Below are positions 17,601 to 23,785 of a DNA stretch of 64,000 nucleotides, in pieces. How positions within the stretch are numbered: position 1 is the first letter of the stretch; every line of letters starts with the position of its first letter. Where the stretch lies: positions 1-64,000 of IMG/VR virus record IMGVR_UViG_3300001598_000037, one strand, 5' to 3'. The position numbers and the translations under genes were made by a program. Below the pieces are notes generated by a model. It ran no database searches. It saw only the letters and a list, made by a program, of their open reading frames with translations, and was not told the origin of the DNA. The stretch is from a virus (taxonomy: Duplodnaviria > Caudoviricetes).

Positions 17601-19642
17601 CTCAATATGAAAAAGAAATGATGATTATTAATCAGTATCCTGAATTAATCAATTTAATGGGAGATACTCCAGCCTTATTGTCAGAATTTTGGAAAGATCT
17701 AGGTCAATTAGCAAATGTTCAAGCTGAAAAATTAATCCAAGAAATTTATGATCAAGAAGAATATTATACAAAGACTTTATTACCAGAACTTCAAAAGAAT
17801 GAGCAATTTAGCGCCAAATTTAACACAGTTGGTGATGAATTAAGTTCTGTAACTTCAATTACTGGATTAATGAAATATTTAGCGCGCAATGGTGATTCAG
17901 ATTTTTCATCGACTATTCAAGAACTAGTTGCTGGGCAATTAGAAAATGTGGATGCGGTAGTGGATGTATATCGTGAGTTATTTGATCAAATGGATGAATA
18001 TAAAGTTCATCTATTAGATGAACAGTTAGAAAACTTAAATAGCCAAAAAGAAGCTTTAGAGCAAATTACTGCTCAACGTGAATACGAAAATAAATTATTG
18101 GAAGCTCGTAATAAGTTAGAAACAGCTTTAAATGAGAAAAAACGTGTTTGGCGAGAAGGTGTTGGCTGGGTTTATGAGGCTGATCAAGAAGCAATTGCCG
18201 CAGCAGAAGAAGAACTCGATAGTCTTAGTACAGAAAAACAAATTTCTAATTTGGAAGAAACCATTAAAGAGATCGAGGCTGAAAAACAACGTATTTCAGA
18301 TCGCAAAGATGCTGAAAAATGGAAACAACAACAAGAATTGTTTGAATCTTATTTTGGTAAAGGTGAGGGTTCTGTCAACTCATATATTCAAGCGGTTCAA
18401 ACTGCTGTTGAAGGAATTCAAATTGATGTTGGAGGCACGACAGGTGCAATTAATGAAGATATTGAAAACAAAGAGCTTGCGCGTCAAGAGGCCTTATATG
18501 GCGCTGGTGGATCTAAAGATAATGTAAAAGGTGGTTTAGCTGCTGCTAAATCGAAGTTAGTTGAATTGTCAGCTCAATTAGAAGGCAAAGATAAACTACA
18601 AATTACCAATGAACAAAGATCGGCATATAATGATGCATTAGAAGAATATAGTAATTTAAGAACTCAAGCTCTATCCAACGGTTATATTTCATCGGATGAT
18701 TTAGATTACATGTCAACGACTTCTATGGGTGGCACAGTCACTGATAATCTTTATAATGGTGGTTCAAAAGTTAAGGGACAAGATGTCTTCCTTACAAACG
18801 ACCGTAATGACGGTAGTGGCGCTTATAAGAAATATATGGTTGGTGATATGACAGCGGCCGACTCTCAAGAAGCTAAGTGGGTATATGGCGATATGACAGA
18901 AAAGAAAAAATGGGCTCATGGTTTCTTACCAGATGGCACAGTTATTTATTTCTGGAATGGTATGGCCTATAGTAAACCTGGTGCTAAAGATATGAAAGCT
19001 AAAGAAAGATTAAAATATGAATTAACTCAATATTCAGTTGGCGATGCAACCGATTTATCAAGTTATGCGTCTAAAGTAAAAAATATTCTTTTAATTGGCG
19101 CTCATGGTGATCAAGAAGCTGTTGTTATTAAAGATGGTAATTTATTTACTGCGTCCGTTAATGATATGAGCGAGGAGGAAAAGAAACTACTTGCTGGCAA
19201 AGGTGGAGGTTATTATTTAGATGGATCTGGTACAAGATCTGGCGCATGGGGCGAAAAAGGAGCTATTGTTGGCGCCAATGCTTTGGGTACGCTAAACTTT
19301 GCTGGTGGACCATCTCTAATTAATGAATTAGGAACGGAAGCTATTATTACACCTCATGGAACTATTACTTCTCTACCTTCTGCAACAGGTATTGTTCCTG
19401 CTGATATTACCAAGAACTTATGGCAATTAGGAGAATTAGCTCCTGCTATTGCTCAAGGTCTTATGATGCCTGGATTCGGTTTCAATTCAACATTTGGAAC
19501 TCCAGCTAATCAATCTGCTGTTGATGAATCATTTAATATTACAAATCTTACAATGAATGTTTCAGCTGATGATTCATTTGATGCCGATGCTTTCGTTAGA
19601 GCAATCCGCACAAAAGCTGATCTAAGCCGTAATAGTCGTTAA
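6866..19642 (+). CDS. Giant tail tape measure protein fused to an N-terminal two-barrel RNA polymerase and a putative nuclease domain (4258 aa)
   Basis: AAGGAGG SD; NADFDGD at residues 1214-1220; TP901-type tape measure core at about residues 2410-2740; hydrophobic Gly/Ala segments; C-terminal ANALGTLNFAGGPSLINELGTEAIITP motif typical of tape measure C-termini. Confidence 0.85.
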   Translation: MANVITLNFKDNTNLKKEINKLDDFTDEMKKSLINYLTQANEAIVDKQIASEKTVEQTISYLNKVMGQFNKEVSMFTKKTAHGTNLYLGLHEKGTQIDPSKIAKEMTMKLGVIEKGVEQTYKGLQHDLLVMTQDGVMGAQQAILETIGGMVETIDIESKEWASNLKAALTKGTAGFQTLQRRAKKEVEAQPQFISKSDQSDFNRQMQMVDNQIKNAINGTKTINMTKYFHEMMYRGGQGTQFAGLSKIMNKYRQLDKVYKMQGAGFDKFREDAAMLISLKQAGYTNKELVGKNGFELFKDWTEKDLKNFFDLQQIAKVIKLPGNINNTSQSSLKHGQISIGGAEQTFGGLGKNFSRKFMQNLQEAKNIVAPTHGIKKRFGTQNENYDAHDYGTLTSDEKAMSGFLRTLEADLRKQLESGSDANFKKMSAARQNELIRKKIVQQYGDVYNAFREGKVFVAKDLQEDLIKEEKGSISVSGDKWKAELEKQLKLSLKDSKYKSLNLKKGTTFDSIVSGAQYKELREEVMKNALGVLDPRVLAHKNSLKINPANIITNGIMKDIQWSYSEALHNGSKLIAPGQDERVTTTLVDRKFIEKFAEYVLGKDYAKFNKNHKVDVLKGREHEMGYKTMASDITGITKSLIQERVAEGSSAGQTEEQVITQINKELNKFLKDNGYGSVKAENGKILDNTAVLETINKIKDESLRIQKTEEFLMGWFNTLKAGTAEHFIQQVVDSEGNIKYKKDSKGNFILDSNNNKIPEIRSGIKFNTPAFGYNSYALHNARSYDDVFIKAQRNGQGWGIGGYRGRQSLGLSTGIARSIAGSERDLERIKSLEMVLDSMYSNTTMSSEQYDDLKKMAQKINPLNQPDRSKIGQNNIIDLKELYGMKEMEELGEEDYVGGKITQEAFSKTIEGKIGKIINERNITGDVYVQTPNGDLIYVPSSDSQELGKIAGGTSKKRLEQLTDGDKVQTVVSSDIMMQGSGFGSYINSLLNTYFDDEGNRKQITEKTHEFVQNAQETYYNTVNTSFQKGGMIYDAASHSASTSATYGKSESFNTHEVEQLYQEYKDATDPEDKALLKQKILQATGGITLSKDNLAKMLTTAPELDGEDKKKWKEVNNARLLGMYKALRDKYQQNSAYTFEGDEKIGKWDSKKLASEIASIVDTEREGYNGESLASIVGRYPFSHGEDLKFAGLRVAGNSDVVKIGTGLAKEINADFDGDSILSMLLGFNIKDFREKTKEQIAQIFQEATTASYKIQEVHEKRAQVAAAAQAMAQKKDEEEWAAAGLTLDEQKALKVAAAGQRTAIEAGIAERFGKEKVGQFSNIYQNLHNGLVGMKISSEGNLQGKDSEDAMAALAVSSIFEAVTQEAISSKKILEGGVEGKFFKNYMNNIMKLTSMFDPTKEGDFQQKDFFKILDDLGINAGFKKGEGSSFFASRIGTQIATEMLQFGNRAEAQENLWNLISSSGYNGTKDDFLKILPQFDENGVLNTAEYEKNKDAFENLFTKDVLSGMFTKLNTSLTGKNWQDTWNRVFTAGQNGIFDIATHKADRPGTEKMIDVDAAMEAQMQGMGAFVGSLIEATSALKEFTGALGGSGGGGGGGGIFRSPFDVAKQLGENEKGLINSFNSWSASKITNALNPTNYDNQQYLDKQIKDIIEGKAKYKNDFFGYGSAEELQQAVGGHYLAADAGHVSEDVANVFMQLKKMGLDGKYKSFDAVYNDVQRGAFKGVKGVSTLKGLTETAYRTIYGGKVGKDRVIGYKEKEELLQQALGDLYGDSTLAKQIETGIGQSDMLSTLLNFRGYDKTSSGTETISAGFLGNQGTITRADYSTLLKTDAFGNKKDTFAFFDFKNKDKKAVGVSDVIQGVLNYNNLETMRQLAHQYENFEDFKDLDIYKNLQSSWEYFNPGEKFDGANYFKSLKKADKVEGYVAQGNKLHKLNIDQTSLSRYMKIVDNLMNGNGTLDDYRDEIGRLYSNIPLPGTVDLPGNEYMGKGIGLAKDYLNVQDKIDALNDRKGQIEGNSEAEEKYKKVLEEEIALLQQRKNLIEEAIKADDSKAGIDKDIQDEYQKRADKEAERQAKLDEEARKEAEKEQKQKQLQFNQNLKGYDALLKEKAKLDAELYKVEHQGGNLKNPQATQDYIKELKNQQQSKEAEIQTYLAEHDMSLNPEEVDKIKEEVDNAAHLKQLKTDTGIKVNEYYGFLSDKQLVSASGNVRAQLAEKEDQLKSSSVVTATLTEAEQLEAEIFKNDLKEEIALLERKKELIDDAIAAIDDPKRREAINGEAAMKERAKQARLEEDHLKEYQSLIKTRTVTNKQFMDAAYNTTFAKDPKQQQYFAQNQAELKKQLEEQDRIIKQFEETHGYDNNDKAKKIRDDAAAKSQIEQNNIMARAVQAEKQQGVRGFIGSFGSNFAKSAKQFLMYQTSFNALFQKLRQGLKTVETQVKSMNKSLVDLQIVTGNTKEETMSLLTSYSKLGKQLGATTTEVANAANSWLRQGYEAADVTELVTSSLYLSKLGMIDSAQATQNLTSMLKGFKLEASDAISVVDKLVSVDMKAAASAGGIAEALSQFATTAQLSGLDMDKAIAMATTIMDVSQAAPSSAGNALKTILSRFGNVKAGAFEDMGEGEDGTSINDVERVIKTLGISLKDSKGDLRDFSDVLEDIAEKWASIDEISKNALATAFAGTRQRESFLVLMENMDKYHELIEVSANSEGTAIKKYNAYSDNLEASQKRVAAAWEELGNNVNLQNLMIKINEIIEKLVDILPSLIKWTERIASLRIGAGLGRILGTGLTTGLAGAGSRLSGLGVVGGIKTVASDVTYGGVSLLGKGLKGIGGLQGYKMNQSQTVIQTLISKVTTLQRAIETNTRAVLGNTQAEQQDNQNGTGGSTPIFNSGGYVAAQNLINTQGTTINGTQVLQHTYKNKTYQMDPKTGKMYKVLKNGQLSKWAAPSRVTKDMVQKDSTGTYQNYFNQMRLDQGKTLNKQQINNINSQIASNNKTLQGWTKNDKGQWISKKTGKVANKSWTTRLNNAQASNEQLQAQQQQSEANKAQKGSAAAGVMIQMGAAMAMGGLMGSQNYAKSSTITDSTGQEIQAAMTKEEEATSRKWSTVSGIASGIPIFGPAFSHLYDLSVKNNWGNKYGVSRGLARSEQEAANSKKTLNAITGNLDKFAKAASSGDLDSGKKELDDMISTLYKRDEEGRDVNKTGREQYEKYLKNILGDKFGSNLLEITKNVEGDVAAQRELSQAMLIAQEQANRENFIASNAKENNQRGKAADEAWLKYKDSDYQEKVKAAGNKAGWETGATVGVASAAAVIGVGAAIAGGLSSIPVAGWIAAGATMVVTGVTAGIVAAKEAELKKQAELEAANAERGKTYEDKINEVEAAIDLARTEGDTAAISELQEIKDTLQQIQIEQEQYYKELDESYAKEAVLGMKSADGTFLANFSEAQLKQNIGKNGIEQAFGEYLESIGGLYNSDVFSTDGSLSEYAQSLLKTAIKENSTLNAVYTGNAYTLSEALQKNDTDLLQNFATALGVSVDALSNMEDQFGRIELGDFMSTIDDLNTKMSKLTENITFLTDSTKSQYEKEMMIINQYPELINLMGDTPALLSEFWKDLGQLANVQAEKLIQEIYDQEEYYTKTLLPELQKNEQFSAKFNTVGDELSSVTSITGLMKYLARNGDSDFSSTIQELVAGQLENVDAVVDVYRELFDQMDEYKVHLLDEQLENLNSQKEALEQITAQREYENKLLEARNKLETALNEKKRVWREGVGWVYEADQEAIAAAEEELDSLSTEKQISNLEETIKEIEAEKQRISDRKDAEKWKQQQELFESYFGKGEGSVNSYIQAVQTAVEGIQIDVGGTTGAINEDIENKELARQEALYGAGGSKDNVKGGLAAAKSKLVELSAQLEGKDKLQITNEQRSAYNDALEEYSNLRTQALSNGYISSDDLDYMSTTSMGGTVTDNLYNGGSKVKGQDVFLTNDRNDGSGAYKKYMVGDMTAADSQEAKWVYGDMTEKKKWAHGFLPDGTVIYFWNGMAYSKPGAKDMKAKERLKYELTQYSVGDATDLSSYASKVKNILLIGAHGDQEAVVIKDGNLFTASVNDMSEEEKKLLAGKGGGYYLDGSGTRSGAWGEKGAIVGANALGTLNFAGGPSLINELGTEAIITPHGTITSLPSATGIVPADITKNLWQLGELAPAIAQGLMMPGFGFNSTFGTPANQSAVDESFNITNLTMNVSADDSFDADAFVRAIRTKADLSRNSR
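11740..12480 (+). other. Putative PD-(D/E)XK (RecB/Cas4-like) nuclease domain inside the tape measure polyprotein
   Basis: SWSASKI...AGHVSE...E1810...RAD(1827)...DFK(1848-1850)...Q1864-Y1869, following a poly-Gly linker at 11639-11671. Confidence 0.5.
14100..15100 (+). other. Tape measure core domain (TP901/PhageMin_Tail-like)
   Basis: MNKSLVDLQIVTG...YSKLGKQLGATTTEVANAANSWLRQG...AGNALKTILSRF...ALATAFAGTRQRESFLVLM. Confidence 0.85.
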
Positions 19643-19677
19643 AGATTTATATAATACAATTTAACAATTTTATTTTT

Positions 19678-19709
19678 ATGGGCTGATATTTATTTATCAG
19701 CCCATTCTT
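19678..19709 (+). terminator. Probable terminator after the tape measure gene
   Basis: 11-bp stem ATGGGCTGATA/TATCAGCCCAT followed by TCTT. Confidence 0.65.
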
Positions 19710-19753
19710 GCAAATAAAAGATCGATTTTATTTCAAAATAAACGGAGGTTTTT

Positions 19754-20371
19754 ATGCTGCAATATTGTAAAAAATGCTATAAAGAAAAAGTTGACCCTCA
19801 AGCAAAAGACGAAGACTTAACATACTCCCAAGAAGAAAGTACCTGTGAGTGTTGTGGAGAATTAAAACATTTAGTTATTATAAAAGAAAAAGATCCCAAC
19901 ATAATGACAGTTGCTGAATGCAATGTGGAAACACAAAAGCATATTGAAAAAGTGAGAAAATATATTCGTTTTATGACAGATAAAATGACAGATAGAGGTA
20001 TCAATCATGATGCTAGTAAATTAGAGTCACCAGAGGTGGATCTATTTGCCAAATATACTAAAATTTTATCTAGCTTAGAATATGATAGTGATGAATATAA
20101 AGCAAGTTTAGAAGCATTAAAACCTGCGTTAGATCATCATTATGCGACGAATCGTCATCATCCAGAGCATTTTGCTAATGGAATTAACGATATGACTTTA
20201 ATAGATATTGTTGAGATGTTGTGCGACTGGAAAGCTGCAACGCATCGTATGAACAACGGTAATTTATTGAAAAGTATTGAACAAAATGCTGAAAGATTTC
20301 ATATTGAAGGTCAGCTCAAAGAAATTTTAATTAATACAGCTCGTATGATTGATGAGCATGAATTAAAATAA
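19754..20371 (+). CDS. DUF5662-like HD-motif protein with N-terminal Cys-rich zinc ribbon
   Basis: HIEKV...HDASKLESPE...HHYATNRHHPEHF...EMLCDWKAA; CKKC...CECC at the N-terminus. Confidence 0.65.
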   Translation: MLQYCKKCYKEKVDPQAKDEDLTYSQEESTCECCGELKHLVIIKEKDPNIMTVAECNVETQKHIEKVRKYIRFMTDKMTDRGINHDASKLESPEVDLFAKYTKILSSLEYDSDEYKASLEALKPALDHHYATNRHHPEHFANGINDMTLIDIVEMLCDWKAATHRMNNGNLLKSIEQNAERFHIEGQLKEILINTARMIDEHELK

Positions 20372-20387
20372 AAAATAAGGAATTTGT

Positions 20388-20416
20388 TTTACTTGGACAA
20401 ATTTTCATGTTATAAT
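20388..20416 (+). promoter_or_regulatory. Possible extended -10 promoter
   Basis: TTTACT, 17 nt, TATAAT preceded by TGn. Confidence 0.5.
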
Positions 20417-20428
20417 ATTGACGAAATA

Positions 20429-20556
20429 TTCGCAAAGTGTATATGTTATTTGCGAAAATAAGTCAACAAGCGTAAATACGTGCCTCGGCTCTACTCGGGG
20501 TGCGGGGCACGATAATTTACATGTGTTTTTTGATTTAAATGTGTGCACATGTAAAT
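20429..20556. repeat. Cluster of three inverted repeats
   Basis: TTCGCAAA/TTTGCGAA (20429-20456), CGTGCCTCG/CGGGGCACG (20479-20511), ATTTACATGTG/CACATGTAAAT (20515-20556). Confidence 0.7.
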
Positions 20557-20602
20557 AATACTATATGTATATAGATTTAAATTAAAAAAGGAGGTCATGA
20601 TT

Positions 20603-21235
20603 ATGACAAATGTAGTTAATAATGGTAATATAATACAAAATTTAAGAGCCGATATTATGCGTAAAGCAATGCAACCTAAAGGATTGCTTTCTGATAAAGG
20701 CGGTATTTATGTCGGTACGGGTCAATATGAAGATATTGTAGCGGGTGATGACACATATCGTATATATAAAACAGTGGAATTATACCCAGGTAGTGGAGTT
20801 ATTAATGGTACTCCTTTGGTTACTGACTCAGGAGAAACTTGTGGATTAAAATTTGGGCCAATTTCAGGTTCTTTAATCGATAATTATACATTATCTGTTT
20901 CAAAATTAAGAACATCAGATCCCGCTAATAAAATTTTAGTGAGTAATGGACCAGGGGTAGCACCAACATTTCAAGATTTTAATATTAATTTAATACCAGA
21001 TAACACAATTACCGCAAAGAAATTAACAACAGATGTGTGTGATACCACAACAAGAACAAGTAATGACGGTTTAATTTCTATTAGTTTAAGTCAAGATGCA
21101 ACAACTAATAAAATTAAAGTGAATACAGTAACGATTAATGATTATTCGAAAATTGCTCCATATATTGTATATAGGACAGTGGCGGAGTATTTAAAAAGGT
21201 TTAGCATTCAGAATAATATCTTATATATTTCGTAA
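20603..21235 (+). CDS. Minor tail/fibre-associated structural protein
   Basis: Second ATG fits the AAGGAGG spacing; N-terminal MRKAMQPKGLLSDKGGIYVGTG paralogous to the next gene. Confidence 0.55.
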   Translation: MTNVVNNGNIIQNLRADIMRKAMQPKGLLSDKGGIYVGTGQYEDIVAGDDTYRIYKTVELYPGSGVINGTPLVTDSGETCGLKFGPISGSLIDNYTLSVSKLRTSDPANKILVSNGPGVAPTFQDFNINLIPDNTITAKKLTTDVCDTTTRTSNDGLISISLSQDATTNKIKVNTVTINDYSKIAPYIVYRTVAEYLKRFSIQNNILYIS

Positions 21236-21250
21236 AGAGGGGGGATATTT

Positions 21251-22573
21251 ATGTCAATTAATACAAATAATGAATATATTGCTCAAGGTCTTGCCCTTAA
21301 TACGATGCGTGAAGCTATTTTACCCAAAAATTTGATTAATAAAGGTGATATTTATATGGGTAAAGGCAGCGGCCAAGGTATTGAAATTCTCCCAGCAGAA
21401 ACAGACGGAAAATTATTGGTGGTAAACTTGTCTAGCGCGACTGGTCTGTCATACAGCGATTCACTAAATGGAGAATATATTAATGGACCTGTTTCTATAG
21501 AAAAATTAGTTGGTGATGAAGGATCAGAAAATAAACAATTAATTAGTGCCTCTGGGTACAAAGCACAATGGGGTACAGTTCCTATATCTTTTGAAAATTA
21601 TTTTGTGACAGGAGCAAAATTAAAGGAGTTATTAGGGTCTAATGATTCTTCATTGTTTCAATTTAATGAAAATAAATATAATAATAAATTTTATTTTAGT
21701 CCGCGAATGACGACTGATTATCAAACTTATAATACCGAAGTGACACAAAACATTAAATCTGAAATCTTAAAATTTGATTTATCTTCTGATAATCATTGTT
21801 TGACCGTTACTACTAATTATTTAAGTAATGATTTTTATAATTTCTCGATGCGTCGTATTGTGAACACTCGTAATAATCAATATGAAGCGCGTCTATTTTT
21901 TGACAAAACTTTTATTATAAATACGGTAACTAATTTTCCAGGTGATCCGTCATCATTATATTGTTTAGTACAGTTAAAAGTTCCAAATTTAGAAGCCACT
22001 TCGTTGATAAATGTTTTACCAAACGCTTATCAACATTTTAGCGCGAATGATGATTATATCATGTATAATATTACTGACGCCACATCTTTCCAATTAATAA
22101 ATAATGCTATTAATAATAATTTAAGTTGTGATTTAATCGTTTCAATTTGCAATCATTCTACGGGTGATATTATTCAAAATTATAATAATACTATTAAACT
22201 AGGTGCAGTCCCACTAATTTATTATATTGTAGTAGCTGCTGTGCCACTGGGCGACGACAAATATAAAATTGTTTCAATGGCGAATATCGAGGACGGTTGT
22301 ATTCCAGGATATAGATTTACTACCCATGATGGTGAGATTAGACTATATACAACGGATTGGCAATATGGAGACTGTGAGTGGTATTTAAATGACATTACAT
22401 TAACCGACTATCAAACCTATAGTTACGATCAAACAATTCAAGACAGCCGATTAACAGCATGTATTCAGCATCACGATACATTTTATTTGAGTATCTATGG
22501 TTATGTGGTAAATAAATTAGATGCATCAGATTTTTATCAAAAAAGTTTAACATATAAAGTGGGACTTTTATAG
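21251..22573 (+). CDS. Minor tail/fibre-associated structural protein
   Basis: N-terminal MREAILPKNLINKGDIYMGKG paralogous to the previous gene; tail module context. Confidence 0.55.
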   Translation: MSINTNNEYIAQGLALNTMREAILPKNLINKGDIYMGKGSGQGIEILPAETDGKLLVVNLSSATGLSYSDSLNGEYINGPVSIEKLVGDEGSENKQLISASGYKAQWGTVPISFENYFVTGAKLKELLGSNDSSLFQFNENKYNNKFYFSPRMTTDYQTYNTEVTQNIKSEILKFDLSSDNHCLTVTTNYLSNDFYNFSMRRIVNTRNNQYEARLFFDKTFIINTVTNFPGDPSSLYCLVQLKVPNLEATSLINVLPNAYQHFSANDDYIMYNITDATSFQLINNAINNNLSCDLIVSICNHSTGDIIQNYNNTIKLGAVPLIYYIVVAAVPLGDDKYKIVSMANIEDGCIPGYRFTTHDGEIRLYTTDWQYGDCEWYLNDITLTDYQTYSYDQTIQDSRLTACIQHHDTFYLSIYGYVVNKLDASDFYQKSLTYKVGLL

Positions 22574-22587
22574 GAGGAACAGGATAA

Positions 22588-23769
22588 ATGAGTATAATAC
22601 AAGGAAAATATAAAATAAATCTCGATGGTGAAGAAAGAGAAATTTATTCGTTAAAATCAAAAAAACTTTTAGATACTGAATCACAAAGACTCCAGGCGTG
22701 GGTTACGGAAAATTGGGACGTTCAAGTCACAGGTGACTTGACAGTCGGTGAAAAATATTTTATTCGTGTTCCAGCACATACCACAGGGGTGTTCATCCCC
22801 ACATTAACAGGCGCTGTGCTAATCTCATCAATTACGAATATTAATACCAAAAATATTATTGCTTCTAGGACGACAGTAGCAACAATAAATCCTCTGTGTT
22901 TTGGTTTTTCTAATGGCATGAGAGAATGTCGAGGGTTTTTATTTAGATCAACAGGAACAAAAGATGATTTTTATGAACTTAATGATGCTAATGAAGATTT
23001 TGAAGCATTTATCGTTTGCGCGGGTATAAGTGGCAATATTAGTACATTAAAACAGTTTATGTACAAAAAAAATACATCAATACCTAATAAATATTTATGG
23101 TTAAAACCATATAATGTTTCTATATCTTTAAATGCTGAAATGTTAATGAACGGAATGTACGCCGCTGATAATCCTACAGTTAGTGCTGTATTAACTCCTA
23201 GTATAGCGGTATCGGCTTTTATGTTAAAGAAACGAGGTGGACTAGATGAAACTGATCCCATCAACGCAATTAGTAATTTTACATCTTTTCGTAATGAAGG
23301 AAGTACAAGAATATTTAGTGGTGCTTTAGGTTCTTATAGAGATATTTATAATATTGCGGCGGATTCTTCGGATAATCCAACAATCGGTTATCTTGTAAAA
23401 AATTCACAAAATATAGGCAATCTTTATGCCACTGATGTTGACATCATAGATACAATTTGCCCTACGGGTATCGGATCTGCAGATAATACAATGGATACTT
23501 ATAATGAAACAGGTATAAATGTGGTTTTTGCAGGTTTTGCGAAGCATATTAGTATTCGTAAGACTGGTACTAATAATTATTCAATATCTAATCTTAGTAT
23601 GAGTCGAAGTTTTTATATCTCTTATGGGCCATCATATTCGACTACGGAAGAATTACATATTGGAGATTCTTTACAGGTGACAACTTCTCAACCATACATA
23701 CTTTTAGCACGAAAACAAAATGGCGCTCGAGCCGCTGATTACGAAAGAGTTTTATTACCAACATCATAA
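22588..23769 (+). CDS. Tail-associated protein sharing a ~110-aa module with the 1481-aa protein
   Basis: VPAHTTGVF...FGFSNG...CRGF...YELNDANEDFEA also found in 23786..28231. Confidence 0.55.
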   Translation: MSIIQGKYKINLDGEEREIYSLKSKKLLDTESQRLQAWVTENWDVQVTGDLTVGEKYFIRVPAHTTGVFIPTLTGAVLISSITNINTKNIIASRTTVATINPLCFGFSNGMRECRGFLFRSTGTKDDFYELNDANEDFEAFIVCAGISGNISTLKQFMYKKNTSIPNKYLWLKPYNVSISLNAEMLMNGMYAADNPTVSAVLTPSIAVSAFMLKKRGGLDETDPINAISNFTSFRNEGSTRIFSGALGSYRDIYNIAADSSDNPTIGYLVKNSQNIGNLYATDVDIIDTICPTGIGSADNTMDTYNETGINVVFAGFAKHISIRKTGTNNYSISNLSMSRSFYISYGPSYSTTEELHIGDSLQVTTSQPYILLARKQNGARAADYERVLLPTS

Positions 23770-23785
23770 AAAGGAGGCTTAATTT

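Noticed and set aside
2388-19720. Shared TTGCA(A/G)ATAAA-like motif after terminators (about 2388, 6079, 6611, 19708) as a late promoter
   Set aside because: Too short and degenerate to distinguish from chance in AT-rich DNA without a motif-discovery run.
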